The notes beneath the pieces were generated by a model that made no database searches, was not told where the DNA came from, and saw only the letters and a list, made by a program, of their open reading frames with translations. The position numbers were made by a program, and so were the translations under genes. A stretch of DNA of 64,000 bases from Candidatus Methanoxibalbensis ujae (lineage in GTDB: Archaea; Halobacteriota; Syntropharchaeia; Alkanophagales; Methanospirareceae), in the NCBI GenBank assembly GCA_026134085.1, contig JAOQIN010000004.1, forward strand, positions 26 to 64,025, written 5' to 3'. Positions 29,970 through 39,813 of the stretch are shown here, piece by piece. Position 1 is the stretch's first letter. Each line of letters starts with the position of its first letter.

Positions 29970-32936
29970 ATGAGGCTAATCGAGAAGGGCTTTAATCTGG
30001 TCGATGTGAACAAGCTTGCAGTCAAAGAAGCTGGATACAAGGCTGGCAAGGGCTCAGTAATTTTTCCTAAGATTCACAACATCCACACTTGGTTTGCGAG
30101 GAGACCCTGCGGAATTGCAAGAGTTTCGACGATATCAGCGGTTTTACCTGCGGATATAGATGAAAAAGAGTTCGAACAGATTGTCGGTTTGGATAAGGCG
30201 AAGAGAAGTGCTAAGGTAATTTACATGGCTGAGCCAAACTTAAAAATGCTTAAGAAATACGTAAATAAGAAATATGTAAATCCTTCAGAAATTACGGTCT
30301 TGGACCCGATGGCTGGTGGAGGCTCAATTCCTCTGGAATCCGCAAGGCTTGGATTTAGGACTATAGCCATGGATTACAATCCCGTCGCATACCTGATTCT
30401 GAAGGCAACTGTTGAATATCCAGCTAAGTTCGGCGAAGAACTCTTTAATTTGGCTTTGAAGGAAGCTAAGAAATTTATTAAGTTTGCAAGGGAGAAATTG
30501 GGTGAATTTTACACAGATGCCGAGAATTACATCTTTGCAAGAGGTATCAGATGTCCGAAGTGCAACGGCTTAATCCCAGTTGCTGGAGTCTTTCCAGAAA
30601 TAACCACTAAAACTTCATACAAGAAAAGATTTTTGAAGGTTGGATTTGATAAAGACAGTAAGAACTTTGGAGTTGAAACCACTAACGAGAAGCAGACTTG
30701 GTCTCTAAAGAAGTTCAGAAAAGGTCAAAACATATTCGCTCAATGTCCTTACTGCGAGCATGTTTTTAAGTTAAGAGGTCAAGGAGAAGACCATGCCTTT
30801 GCAAAGTGGTTTAAGGAGCATGCGAAGTTGATGAAAGCCGTTGTTGAAGACTTACAGCCCGTTGATGAAGAATTAGTGAAGAAATTACTCGAACTGCACA
30901 TTCCTCTCGTTAAGCAGGTTGGAAACGAGTTTGTTGCCGTAAAGGACGATGAAGAAGAGATTGAGAAGTTCGTTAAAGCCTTTAGAGAGCTTTCAAACAG
31001 AATATTCGAACTTCAGAGCTACATTCCAATGGATGAAATACCAGAGGAGAACGAATGGGCTTCTACCTTCAGAAATCTCGTTGGTGATGAAGTCACGCCA
31101 AAGTGGTATATGCTCTTCAATCCGAGACAGCTTTTGGTTTTAGCTGAATTGATTAGATACGTTGCAGAGAGAGTTAGAGAGCTTTACGAAGAAAAAGGAG
31201 AGTTTGGAATTGCTTCTATGCTTTACATTGCTTTTGCTTTGGATAAACTTGGGAATTTCAACACCATAGCTAATAAATGGCAAGGAACTCAGTTTAAAAC
31301 TGGAATGAGTGACACACTCCGAGGAGAACCAACTTTAAGCTTTAGAGCAGAATACTGTGAAGCAAAGAGAATTGAACAGGCATTGGAATGGACATTAGAG
31401 CCAGAACTTGCAGAAAACAGAAAGTTTACGAAAACTGCTGGCGGTATTCTCCCAGTTCTAAGATTCCTAACAGACCAGTTCAAAGAGAACAAGAACGAAA
31501 ATGTCAAAGTCATTTTGGGCGATGCAACTAAACTAAGCGAGATAATGGACGAAAAAGTCGATGTTATCAACGTCGATCCACCCTACTACGACCAAATCAC
31601 TTACTACAGTGATAAGAGCGAAATCTTTTGGATTATCTTAAGGAGAGCCTTATCACCAGCCCTATCAATACTGTTCAAAGATTCCAAACTCGATTGGGAT
31701 TACAACAGTCCGAAAGTTCCGAGAGAAAAGGAGATGGTTGCAAGAAAGAACGACGGAAGAAGATTCGAACAGCTGTTCAAACAGTTCGTAAAAGAATCAC
31801 ACAAAATTCTAAAAGACGATGGTTACCTAATAATCTGGTTCACTCATCCGAGGGCAGAAGCGTGGTATGCTGTTGGTGAATCTCTATACGATACTGGATT
31901 CATAGTTCCAAAGGTCTATCCAGTCTATACGGAAATGAGAACAAGATATCTAAAACAGGTTTTCGAGGCGGTTCAACAGGTAACCCTCGCAATCGTAGCC
32001 AAGAAAGGGGAGAGAAAACACATCGCAGTCCCAAGTGGAAACGTAAAAGCCTCATTACTCATGAATGAAGAGTTCATAAGTTCAATTCGTTCTGCCGTAG
32101 AAACTGCGAGAAAAACAATAGCAAATCTCGACATAACGACTGCTGACGCCTCGGCAATCGTCTTCAGCACCGCAATGGGTGTGATAACAAACTACTCCTT
32201 ACCGTTCAAAGCAAAATTCAAAGACCTATACGAGCCAGCGATAACCCTGTCTGTGAAAGAGTTTTTCACTCCTCTACTCGAAAAGGTCTTCAAGAAGGGT
32301 TACATAGCATTGGATGAAGAGAAAGCGAAGGTCCTACTTGAAAAGGTTGAGAAGAGACTTCTACTCGACCCTTCATCCCGTTCCTTCTTATCCCTATGGA
32401 CGATTTCACATGTCAGGATGGACGGGAGCCTCTACGAAGAACCTCTTAATCTGAGCTACGACTTTGCTCAGATGGTTTCAAAGCTCTGCGGATTCGACAT
32501 AAACGACCTCAAAAAGTTCGGATTAATTAGAAAGGTCAACAGCACTTACAAGCTAACACACCTTTCAGACTACGTAAACGGTAGAGTAAAGGCGGACATT
32601 AAAACGTTCCTGAAAACATCTGTAGGAAGAGCGATTTATTTGACATACCTCTCCGCATCAACTGGCGGAACCCCTGCTGTTAGAGCGAGAGAGATCGCCG
32701 AAAACGAACACGTAAGCAACTGCGCAGATGAGATAGAGTTTGATTCCTCATTAGCCTTAGTGTTACTATCAACCGCTCCAGACTCTGAATTCGAGGACGT
32801 ATCAAAGATAGACGTCAGGCAGATGAGAAAGATTATATCTGAAACTTTAACCCACTTTATATTAGGGGATGTCAAGATAGAGGTTAGAAGTGTTAAGAGC
32901 GGGATTAAAACGCTCGAAGGGTTCGGTGTCTTATGA
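29970..32936 (+). CDS. DUF1156/COG1743-type Zn-ribbon N6-adenine DNA methyltransferase (island 1)
   Basis: HNIHTWFARRP (DUF1156 hallmark), SAM motif VLDPMAGGGSIPLE, Zn ribbon CPKC...CPYC, catalytic NVDPPYYD. Clear paralog of the methylase at 58810. Start moved to ATG 29970 (MRLIEKG) after GGTGGAG. Confidence 0.85.
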   Translation: MRLIEKGFNLVDVNKLAVKEAGYKAGKGSVIFPKIHNIHTWFARRPCGIARVSTISAVLPADIDEKEFEQIVGLDKAKRSAKVIYMAEPNLKMLKKYVNKKYVNPSEITVLDPMAGGGSIPLESARLGFRTIAMDYNPVAYLILKATVEYPAKFGEELFNLALKEAKKFIKFAREKLGEFYTDAENYIFARGIRCPKCNGLIPVAGVFPEITTKTSYKKRFLKVGFDKDSKNFGVETTNEKQTWSLKKFRKGQNIFAQCPYCEHVFKLRGQGEDHAFAKWFKEHAKLMKAVVEDLQPVDEELVKKLLELHIPLVKQVGNEFVAVKDDEEEIEKFVKAFRELSNRIFELQSYIPMDEIPEENEWASTFRNLVGDEVTPKWYMLFNPRQLLVLAELIRYVAERVRELYEEKGEFGIASMLYIAFALDKLGNFNTIANKWQGTQFKTGMSDTLRGEPTLSFRAEYCEAKRIEQALEWTLEPELAENRKFTKTAGGILPVLRFLTDQFKENKNENVKVILGDATKLSEIMDEKVDVINVDPPYYDQITYYSDKSEIFWIILRRALSPALSILFKDSKLDWDYNSPKVPREKEMVARKNDGRRFEQLFKQFVKESHKILKDDGYLIIWFTHPRAEAWYAVGESLYDTGFIVPKVYPVYTEMRTRYLKQVFEAVQQVTLAIVAKKGERKHIAVPSGNVKASLLMNEEFISSIRSAVETARKTIANLDITTADASAIVFSTAMGVITNYSLPFKAKFKDLYEPAITLSVKEFFTPLLEKVFKKGYIALDEEKAKVLLEKVEKRLLLDPSSRSFLSLWTISHVRMDGSLYEEPLNLSYDFAQMVSKLCGFDINDLKKFGLIRKVNSTYKLTHLSDYVNGRVKADIKTFLKTSVGRAIYLTYLSASTGGTPAVRAREIAENEHVSNCADEIEFDSSLALVLLSTAPDSEFEDVSKIDVRQMRKIISETLTHFILGDVKIEVRSVKSGIKTLEGFGVL

Positions 32937-35900
32937 TTCCGATTGGAGATGTTTACAGGTTCAAAGCTGAAGTCGAAGAAGAGCTCACACCGAGCTTTCA
33001 TTCGGCAATCATGAGCAGTTTGGGGAAACCCTATCCCACAAGCTTCGGAGATGCAGACCACGTTTTCAGCATAACATGCTTCACCGAACCTCTTAAGATA
33101 TTTATCGAAGATGTGATCAAATCTTTAAATTTCGGAACAACGCCTTTCCCGCTCGTGAGGGGTTTTGGATTCGGAAAGACCCACTCTCTAATTGTTCTAT
33201 GGCATATATTTACAAATGCTATAACAGACGATCACCTGAGAAGATTGTTATCCGAAAATGAAATCTTAAAGCGGACCTTCGTCTTAGCATGTGATGTCAG
33301 CGAGAGAGCACCCCCACTAGAAACGTTTGCTGAAACTCTCTTCGCATCCAAAAGCATGAAGAAGGATTACGACTTACTAAGAGTTTTATCAGATTTAGAA
33401 GAAAAATATGATAAAAACGAACTTCTGAGCCCGACGAGATTTGCAGATTTCTTAACTGAATTTGTGAAGGAGTCTAAGAGGAAATTTCAAAAAACTCCTA
33501 AGTTCCTGGTTCTAATAGATGAACTCGGATACGGAACTATAAAGAGGATAGACGAATACGCCGACTCAAAATTTACCAAGGAGGAGTTGATAGAGGATAT
33601 TAGGAGATTGATAAGTTTCGTTACTACTATTGCTGAAGAGTTGAAAAGATTAGGTTCCTCAGTTGCAATAGTTTATGCATTTGCCGAACAAGACCTGAAC
33701 TCTCTTGATGCGAGAATAAAGATGCACTATTCAAATGAAAATGCGAGAGCAAAGCTTGAGGGATTGAAAGAGCTGATTAGAACAGATTTAATAGAAAGAC
33801 TTAAGAGGTATTCTGGTGGAATAGAAAGAGCACCGTTGCAGTTAAATCCCCTGCAAAACATAGAAATTGCGAAGTTTAGAGTTTTAAAAGCCATAGGAGA
33901 TGAGAGCAAAGCAAGAGATTCGACATCCTCTTATATCCAGAACCTTTTGGAAAACTTCAGAATTTTTGATGAAACCGACATCCACAACTATGTGGAGGCT
34001 GTTCGGCAGTTTTACCCTATTTCACCAGACTTGCTTAACCTCCTTAAAAAGGCTCATGATTCGACAGAATTTCCAAAAACAGAATACGTTAGAACTGTAA
34101 TATCTCTGTTAAAAGATGCTGTGAGGAATGCTTTACAGAACGAGCCTGATGCTCCTTTAATTGGCGTTGGATTTCTCAGCTTACAGCAATCTGCATTAAG
34201 CGACATACTTGACGATTATGCTCAAAGCGATTGGTTTACAATACTCAAAGATATTGAACTTACCATAAACTCCTCCAGGAATCAAAAGCTTGCAGAACTA
34301 ATTTCAAAGCTAATTCTATCGAAAGCTACTACCTCCAACATCCTTGCCCTGATAGAAGAAAGAGAGATAGAAAAATATGGCATGTCTCAAGAAGAAATTC
34401 AGGCATCCATAGTATCAACATTCAATAAAGATGAAGTTAGCTCAGCTTTAGAAGAATTTCCAGAAGTCTTGATGGATTTGAGGGTCAGAAGTGCAAGGAT
34501 AGTTGAAAGGATTGTAGAGGGTAAGAGATTGTTCATTCCTTCAGTAGTGAGGCACGTAATTGCACAAAAGGAATCTTACGTGATTGAGGAGAAGAAGAGA
34601 GCTCATGATAGTGGTATTCTCACATATATTCGGGAGTCAAGCGTGCAACCTCTTCTTAACAAACTTTCCAAGTCCGCAAATATACTAACAAAAGACCACA
34701 AAGAATTGAAAGAGCTAAGTAACGTTCACCTTAGTGAGCCAACGTGTTTCATCATTCCACCTTGGGATTTCGCCTTGTATAGAGAAATTGAGCAGAAAGG
34801 TCACGATAATGTGGTCAATGAAGCAGTAAATATTCTCAACAACAAATTTGAGAGAGGCGAAATCGTCAGAGCTCCTTATCTTATCGTTCTAATTCCGAAT
34901 CTTTCAAAAGTGAGCGATTTAGTAAACTCTCTAATAGAATACAATGCATCCATAAAATTCCTCGATTACTTGAAAAAGGAAGAATCCATCGTAAAGAACT
35001 ACATTGAGAAGGTGAAAACTGAGATTCTAACCAAAAGAACGAGCGAAAAAGTTGATGAAAGGAAATTGAGTAAACATATAGTTCAGAGTGTTCAGCAGCA
35101 GATCAGGGAAGCTAAAAATACCGCAATGGCTGAGGTTGTCAGATGTGCAAGAGATGTAATTGCAAACTTGCTTCGTTTATATGAAAAACCCATAGTATAT
35201 AATTTGACTCATAAAAATTTCGTATTTTCAACGAGATTCTTGGAAAGAAGGGAGGAGACTATAAAGAGAATTGTGCCTGAGATAAAGACAAAGGATGTTG
35301 ATAAATACTCAGATATGATCAAAAAGTTAGTTGAAGACATTTTAAACCTTGTAGGTTTTGAAGAGAAACATACCGTCGTGAAAGAAGCTTTATTCAACCG
35401 CATAAAGAAGGAGCTTGAAGAGTATGAAATGGAAAGTATAAGCATTGATGAATTACTCGAAAATTTAATTCTCGGAACGTACGGAATCCTACCTAAGACA
35501 GAAGAAATTGCGAGAAAATCTATTGGGGGTCTTAATGGAAAAATCATAGATTATTCAGACAAGATTGTGAAGATAATAGTCAATAAAAAGAGCTTGTTAT
35601 TTAAATATGAAAAGAAAGAACCTAAAATGAAGATAGAGTCGATTCAGGTTTCTCCAAAGAAGCTCACCTACAATCCGAAAGAGAACGTCAGGTTAAATAT
35701 CAGCATTGTGAATGAGGGGGCAAGAGGAGACTGCATTTTGAAGATTGAAAGTTGTGACGATGGGAATGTCATAGTTCAAAGAGAACTCAAAGAAATTGAA
35801 ACTAAGGAAGAAAGAGTCTTACCATTGGAGTTAGTTTTGCCTGAAGTCGGAGGAGAGCATCGCTATAGGGTTTCAGTAATGCATAATCCCATAGAAGTTG

Positions 35901-36265
35901 ATGATGAGAGAGAGCATATGTTCACAGTGGAACCCGAACCATATCCACTGCCTCCAGAGTTCGTGAAAGAGATAACCGCTGATATAACGGAAACTGATAA
36001 GGAAAGCATAATCGACTTTGTTTCGTCGAATCAGAATGCTTTTGAGGAATGCGGGATTTACATGGAGTCGGACGATTTTGACATATCTATAGATGTTAAA
36101 AGCCCGAAGCGAGGCAACTTAGATGTTTTAATGAGGTTCGTTCAACCGCTCGCCAGAAGATGCAATACTGTGCCAAAGATTCATCTTAAGACCAAACACG
36201 GCATTTTGAAGAAAGATGATGTAAAATTTGAAGCGGATATCAAGCTCTATGATCAGAAAAGTTGA
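32933..36265 (+). CDS. Divergent DUF499/BrxC-like P-loop ATPase with a C-terminal beta-sandwich (CARDB-like) region (island 1)
   Basis: 1110 aa. GFGFGKTHSLIVLWH and KFLVLIDELGY align with PFGGGKTHTLIALYH and PVLILMDEILEY of the DUF499 protein at 61497. ATGA overlap with the methylase gene. Confidence 0.7.
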   Translation: MIPIGDVYRFKAEVEEELTPSFHSAIMSSLGKPYPTSFGDADHVFSITCFTEPLKIFIEDVIKSLNFGTTPFPLVRGFGFGKTHSLIVLWHIFTNAITDDHLRRLLSENEILKRTFVLACDVSERAPPLETFAETLFASKSMKKDYDLLRVLSDLEEKYDKNELLSPTRFADFLTEFVKESKRKFQKTPKFLVLIDELGYGTIKRIDEYADSKFTKEELIEDIRRLISFVTTIAEELKRLGSSVAIVYAFAEQDLNSLDARIKMHYSNENARAKLEGLKELIRTDLIERLKRYSGGIERAPLQLNPLQNIEIAKFRVLKAIGDESKARDSTSSYIQNLLENFRIFDETDIHNYVEAVRQFYPISPDLLNLLKKAHDSTEFPKTEYVRTVISLLKDAVRNALQNEPDAPLIGVGFLSLQQSALSDILDDYAQSDWFTILKDIELTINSSRNQKLAELISKLILSKATTSNILALIEEREIEKYGMSQEEIQASIVSTFNKDEVSSALEEFPEVLMDLRVRSARIVERIVEGKRLFIPSVVRHVIAQKESYVIEEKKRAHDSGILTYIRESSVQPLLNKLSKSANILTKDHKELKELSNVHLSEPTCFIIPPWDFALYREIEQKGHDNVVNEAVNILNNKFERGEIVRAPYLIVLIPNLSKVSDLVNSLIEYNASIKFLDYLKKEESIVKNYIEKVKTEILTKRTSEKVDERKLSKHIVQSVQQQIREAKNTAMAEVVRCARDVIANLLRLYEKPIVYNLTHKNFVFSTRFLERREETIKRIVPEIKTKDVDKYSDMIKKLVEDILNLVGFEEKHTVVKEALFNRIKKELEEYEMESISIDELLENLILGTYGILPKTEEIARKSIGGLNGKIIDYSDKIVKIIVNKKSLLFKYEKKEPKMKIESIQVSPKKLTYNPKENVRLNISIVNEGARGDCILKIESCDDGNVIVQRELKEIETKEERVLPLELVLPEVGGEHRYRVSVMHNPIEVDDEREHMFTVEPEPYPLPPEFVKEITADITETDKESIIDFVSSNQNAFEECGIYMESDDFDISIDVKSPKRGNLDVLMRFVQPLARRCNTVPKIHLKTKHGILKKDDVKFEADIKLYDQKS

Positions 36266-37004
36266 AAGACTTGTGGAAATTGTAACTGAGCTTGAGATGG
36301 ATTTGAGGAGCTTGCATGCCATATACTTAATCACATTCCTCAGAACGGGGTGCGAGAATGATAATTTACGTGGAATTGCAGAATCTTTCCTCTCATACAA
36401 AGATAGAATGATCGTATTTGATCCCTTTTTCGAAGGAGTTAGAATTGCTTCAGAAATACTTGATCAATTAGAGTTGAGTGTTGAACGCTCAGATATCAGA
36501 AATGTCATAAATGAGCTGAAAAAGAGGGTAAAAAATGTGGGCGTGACCTTTGTCATAGATTGCTTCTCTCCGATTGAGTTGTTAACATATCTCACAAAAC
36601 TCAGATCTGATGGCTTTCAGTCAAAACTACTTGAGATATATTTCACGAACATAGGTGGAGTTACCAGATACCTCACAGCTCAAGCCAGTGGCACAATAAG
36701 AGGTTTTTCGGAATATCTTGCAGAGTTTTTAAATGCAAAAGTTCACGATGAATGCTCCTATTTCGATAGACTCGTTCACACATCTATTTTGATCGATGAC
36801 TTCCTACGTAGCATTCCCCACGGGAGCATATATTCAAGAATTGTAAAATACCTCAATTCTTACAAGTCCATTTTGATAACTTCAGACCATGGCTACGATG
36901 TCGTGAGTTCTGATGGTTTGCTCTACGTTACTCATCCCTCCCCTCCTGAGGGTAGTATACTTAAATTCAGCAACATTGCGATGTACTTAGTCGGTTGGAG
37001 GTGA
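36249..37004 (+). CDS. Small PglZ/alkaline-phosphatase-superfamily-like protein (island 1)
   Basis: Motif order VTFVIDCFSP ... NIGGVTRYLTAQASG ... FDRLVH ... ILITSDHGYD mirrors the metal-ligand Asp, Ser/Thr nucleophile and DHG motifs of PglZ-type phosphatases. Overlaps the upstream gene by 17 nt. An alternative start is at 36228. Confidence 0.45.
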   Translation: MIRKVERLVEIVTELEMDLRSLHAIYLITFLRTGCENDNLRGIAESFLSYKDRMIVFDPFFEGVRIASEILDQLELSVERSDIRNVINELKKRVKNVGVTFVIDCFSPIELLTYLTKLRSDGFQSKLLEIYFTNIGGVTRYLTAQASGTIRGFSEYLAEFLNAKVHDECSYFDRLVHTSILIDDFLRSIPHGSIYSRIVKYLNSYKSILITSDHGYDVVSSDGLLYVTHPSPPEGSILKFSNIAMYLVGWR

Positions 37005-37456
37005 ACAAATTGTTCGATTACAACATGATATATAAAGAGAAGAAGAAACCAGAACTGAAGATAACGGTCGGAAAGGGAGAAGAGTTGGTAATCAAAGTTT
37101 CTGGAAAGACTGCAAGACACGTTTTCGAGAAAATAACAGATAATTCAAAGGTATGGGATTACTTGGAACCTGCAAACATAACATCCAAAGAAAAGAAGTA
37201 TAGTATGAGAGCAGATGTAGCACCGATCATAATAAGCTATGTCCTCTTAAACAGGAGGAGCCCAAAACCTGAGAAGTGGGATTGGTATCTGGATGAAGTT
37301 CTTGATGGGAGATTATCGATTGCTGGAAAAAGTATAAGCAGTTTGGTTGAGATGTTCTTCACACTCTCAAACACATTTGGCTACAAGGAATCATCAGATG
37401 TCCTCACAAGTATGTTCAAAACATTTGCCGACAAGGTGAGGAAGTATCTGCACTAA
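36995..37456 (+). CDS. Hypothetical protein, last gene of island-1 cassette
   Basis: 153-aa ORF overlapping the stop of the previous gene. Possible starts: TTG 36995, GTG 37001, TTG 37010, ATG 37025. No motif recognised. Confidence 0.5.
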   Translation: MEVNKLFDYNMIYKEKKKPELKITVGKGEELVIKVSGKTARHVFEKITDNSKVWDYLEPANITSKEKKYSMRADVAPIIISYVLLNRRSPKPEKWDWYLDEVLDGRLSIAGKSISSLVEMFFTLSNTFGYKESSDVLTSMFKTFADKVRKYLH

Positions 37457-38281
37457 ATTTATGCCTTCCGCAATATGCCAATGTCTAACAAACTTTGGGC
37501 TTGCGCACATCGTCTTACTTTAGCATTTTTTCTGCAGTCAACCTTAGTCATGATTCATTCATACTTTACGCTCTATCTCTAATCCTGAAAGATCGTTCTC
37601 CAACTTCTCCACGTCAGATTTTGCGGTTAAGCCCCTAAATTCAGTAGGACAACTTTGCTCGGTGGCAGTAGGTGTGTGCCCTCACCCTCTCCAGTAAAAA
37701 GATTCCTTCGACTTTCTTCTGATCTTCAGGAGAAAGCCTTCCAAGGACTATATAAGGCGGTTTGAGGAGATAAGAACTGATGGCTTCAAAGCTTATGACT
37801 GGCTAAGAAACCTGGAGTAAAGAGGTTTGGGCTTATGGTGAGAATCAGGTAGTTGAAAGTTCGGATTAAGCAGACATTGGCTGACCAAGTTTAATAGCAT
37901 GGAAAATGCAGGAAACTTCCCTGCTCTATGGATATGTACAACTTCGTTAGAGAGCATTTGGGAAGAGAGTTCCTTGCGAGGCTTTGGGAATGAAAAGGTT
38001 GAGTTCTGGAGAGTTAGTAGTTGAGATTGTTCCTGGTTTTGGGGAGTGTTTTAGTAGGAGGTGACAATAAGTTTATCTTATGAAGTTCAAAACAACTTTC
38101 CTCTCCACGCTTTCGCATGGAGTCTCCAGGGATAAGATGAAACGATGAAGGAGTCCTTCCATGACGGAGAGCTTCATTGCTCAGACAAGGACGCACTTCC
38201 CCATGCATATATACATCTCCCGCTCCTGAAGAGATATTGGCAGCAACTATTTCCTACGAGATTGATGAACAATGAAAGATT

Positions 38282-38920
38282 GTGAGGAGAAAAGTGATCG
38301 GCGGCGTTAAAACGCTGCGCAGGGAATTTCGTATTGCTGAACTCGTGAATTACGGCACCGAACAGAAGCCGTCATACACTGTAAGTGTTGAGATTTGGAT
38401 TCATGTTGGCGAGAGTCCTGACAGCATGCATCGCATATTCGTGGAAACGGGGCTTATATCCAGAGACACCGTCCCGTTCGAAGTTGTGAACTTCAGGGGA
38501 AGTGTGTCAGGGGATGAGCCTTTTTACGCCGCGGAGATATTATATGAGGGGGCACTTATTGAATACAGCGTCCATCCACGCCATGCAGGCGGTATAAGAG
38601 AATTGCGGTATGAGCCAGTTGTGACTCCTGAGGACATGAGGCTGATACATCCGGCTGAATTTCACAGGCATGGTATTGAGGTGCTCTCGTGGGAACTCCA
38701 TAACTACCGCCCGCATCTCATGCTGTTCATCTCATCAAAAAAATATGAGCACTTTGACTTGTCTGTCAGGCGAGAGGAGGAGAGCACCTCAATAAACATG
38801 AAAATCGGAGAATCAGATCTGCGCAGGAAGACAGCACCATGCAGGTGGCTCCTTCAGCGCATCTCTGTGTTTGACATAGATGTTGAGGAAGAACTGATGA
38901 AATTGCTGTGCGATGAATAG
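38282..38920 (+). CDS. Hypothetical protein
   Basis: 212-aa ORF (GTG start) with host-like composition. No motif recognised. Confidence 0.45.
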   Translation: MRRKVIGGVKTLRREFRIAELVNYGTEQKPSYTVSVEIWIHVGESPDSMHRIFVETGLISRDTVPFEVVNFRGSVSGDEPFYAAEILYEGALIEYSVHPRHAGGIRELRYEPVVTPEDMRLIHPAEFHRHGIEVLSWELHNYRPHLMLFISSKKYEHFDLSVRREEESTSINMKIGESDLRRKTAPCRWLLQRISVFDIDVEEELMKLLCDE

Positions 38921-38975
38921 TGCTGCCACGCTCTACTCCAGAGCCACGATCACGGGTAATCAGACGCATCCACAT

Positions 38976-39653
38976 CTAATCGCGCAGGACGCGCCATCTC
39001 AACAGCACACCATCATCAATCATTTCAACACTGATAAGAGCAAGTTTCAGAATCTCAGATGCAGTGAAGCCATCACCATCAACAAATGTTGGGGCATCTT
39101 TACCTCCAATAACAATATTTCCTACAAAAGTGTATATCTCATCCACGAGACCTTCCGAAAGAAGGGACCAATTCAGTGTTGCACCTCCCTCAACCATTAA
39201 TCTTCTTATACCTCTTTGCCACAGTTCTCGCATTAACACTCGCAAGTTCACCCTCTCAACTCCGCAGACAAGCACTTCAGCTTTCTGACGCAACCTCTCA
39301 ACCCGCTCCGCAGATGCATTTTCAGAGACGACAATCAAACGCCTACCCTCACCTTTCACGAGGAGATCAGCATTTTCAGGCGTTCTCGCCCTGCTGTCAA
39401 CTACAATTCGCATCGGGTTTTCATCCTTTCCATGAATCTTCCTCCACTTCCGCAGCGCCTCAGACTTCACCGTAAGTGAAGGGTTGTCTGCAAGAACAGT
39501 CCCGACGCCCACCAAAATCGCATCACTCTCCGCACGCAAAGTGTCAACACGCTTGAAATCCTCTTCGCCACTTATTTTAGTCTGTCGTCGCTCTCTCGTC
39601 GCGATCTTACCGTCCGCACTCATCGCCACATTTATGAAAACGAAGGGCCTCAT
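38976..39653 (-). CDS. 2,5-diamino-6-ribosylamino-4(3H)-pyrimidinone 5'-phosphate reductase (RibD C-terminal domain type)
   Basis: MRPFVFINVAMSADGKIATRERRQTKISGEEDFKRVDTLRAESDAILVGVGTVLADNPSLTVK. Confidence 0.85.
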   Translation of the reverse strand: MRPFVFINVAMSADGKIATRERRQTKISGEEDFKRVDTLRAESDAILVGVGTVLADNPSLTVKSEALRKWRKIHGKDENPMRIVVDSRARTPENADLLVKGEGRRLIVVSENASAERVERLRQKAEVLVCGVERVNLRVLMRELWQRGIRRLMVEGGATLNWSLLSEGLVDEIYTFVGNIVIGGKDAPTFVDGDGFTASEILKLALISVEMIDDGVLLRWRVLRD

Positions 39654-39813
39654 TCATCTTTTTTCTTGTTCCCTTTTTTCAATAAAAAAAGAGGAAGCGG
39701 GGGGATGTTGTTGCGAAAGAATATAAAAATAATTATTAGTATTTAAAATTTTTCAAAAATAATATTCATTTAATATAAGATGCCCAACATGGGCGTGAAG
39801 GAGGTATTTAAAA

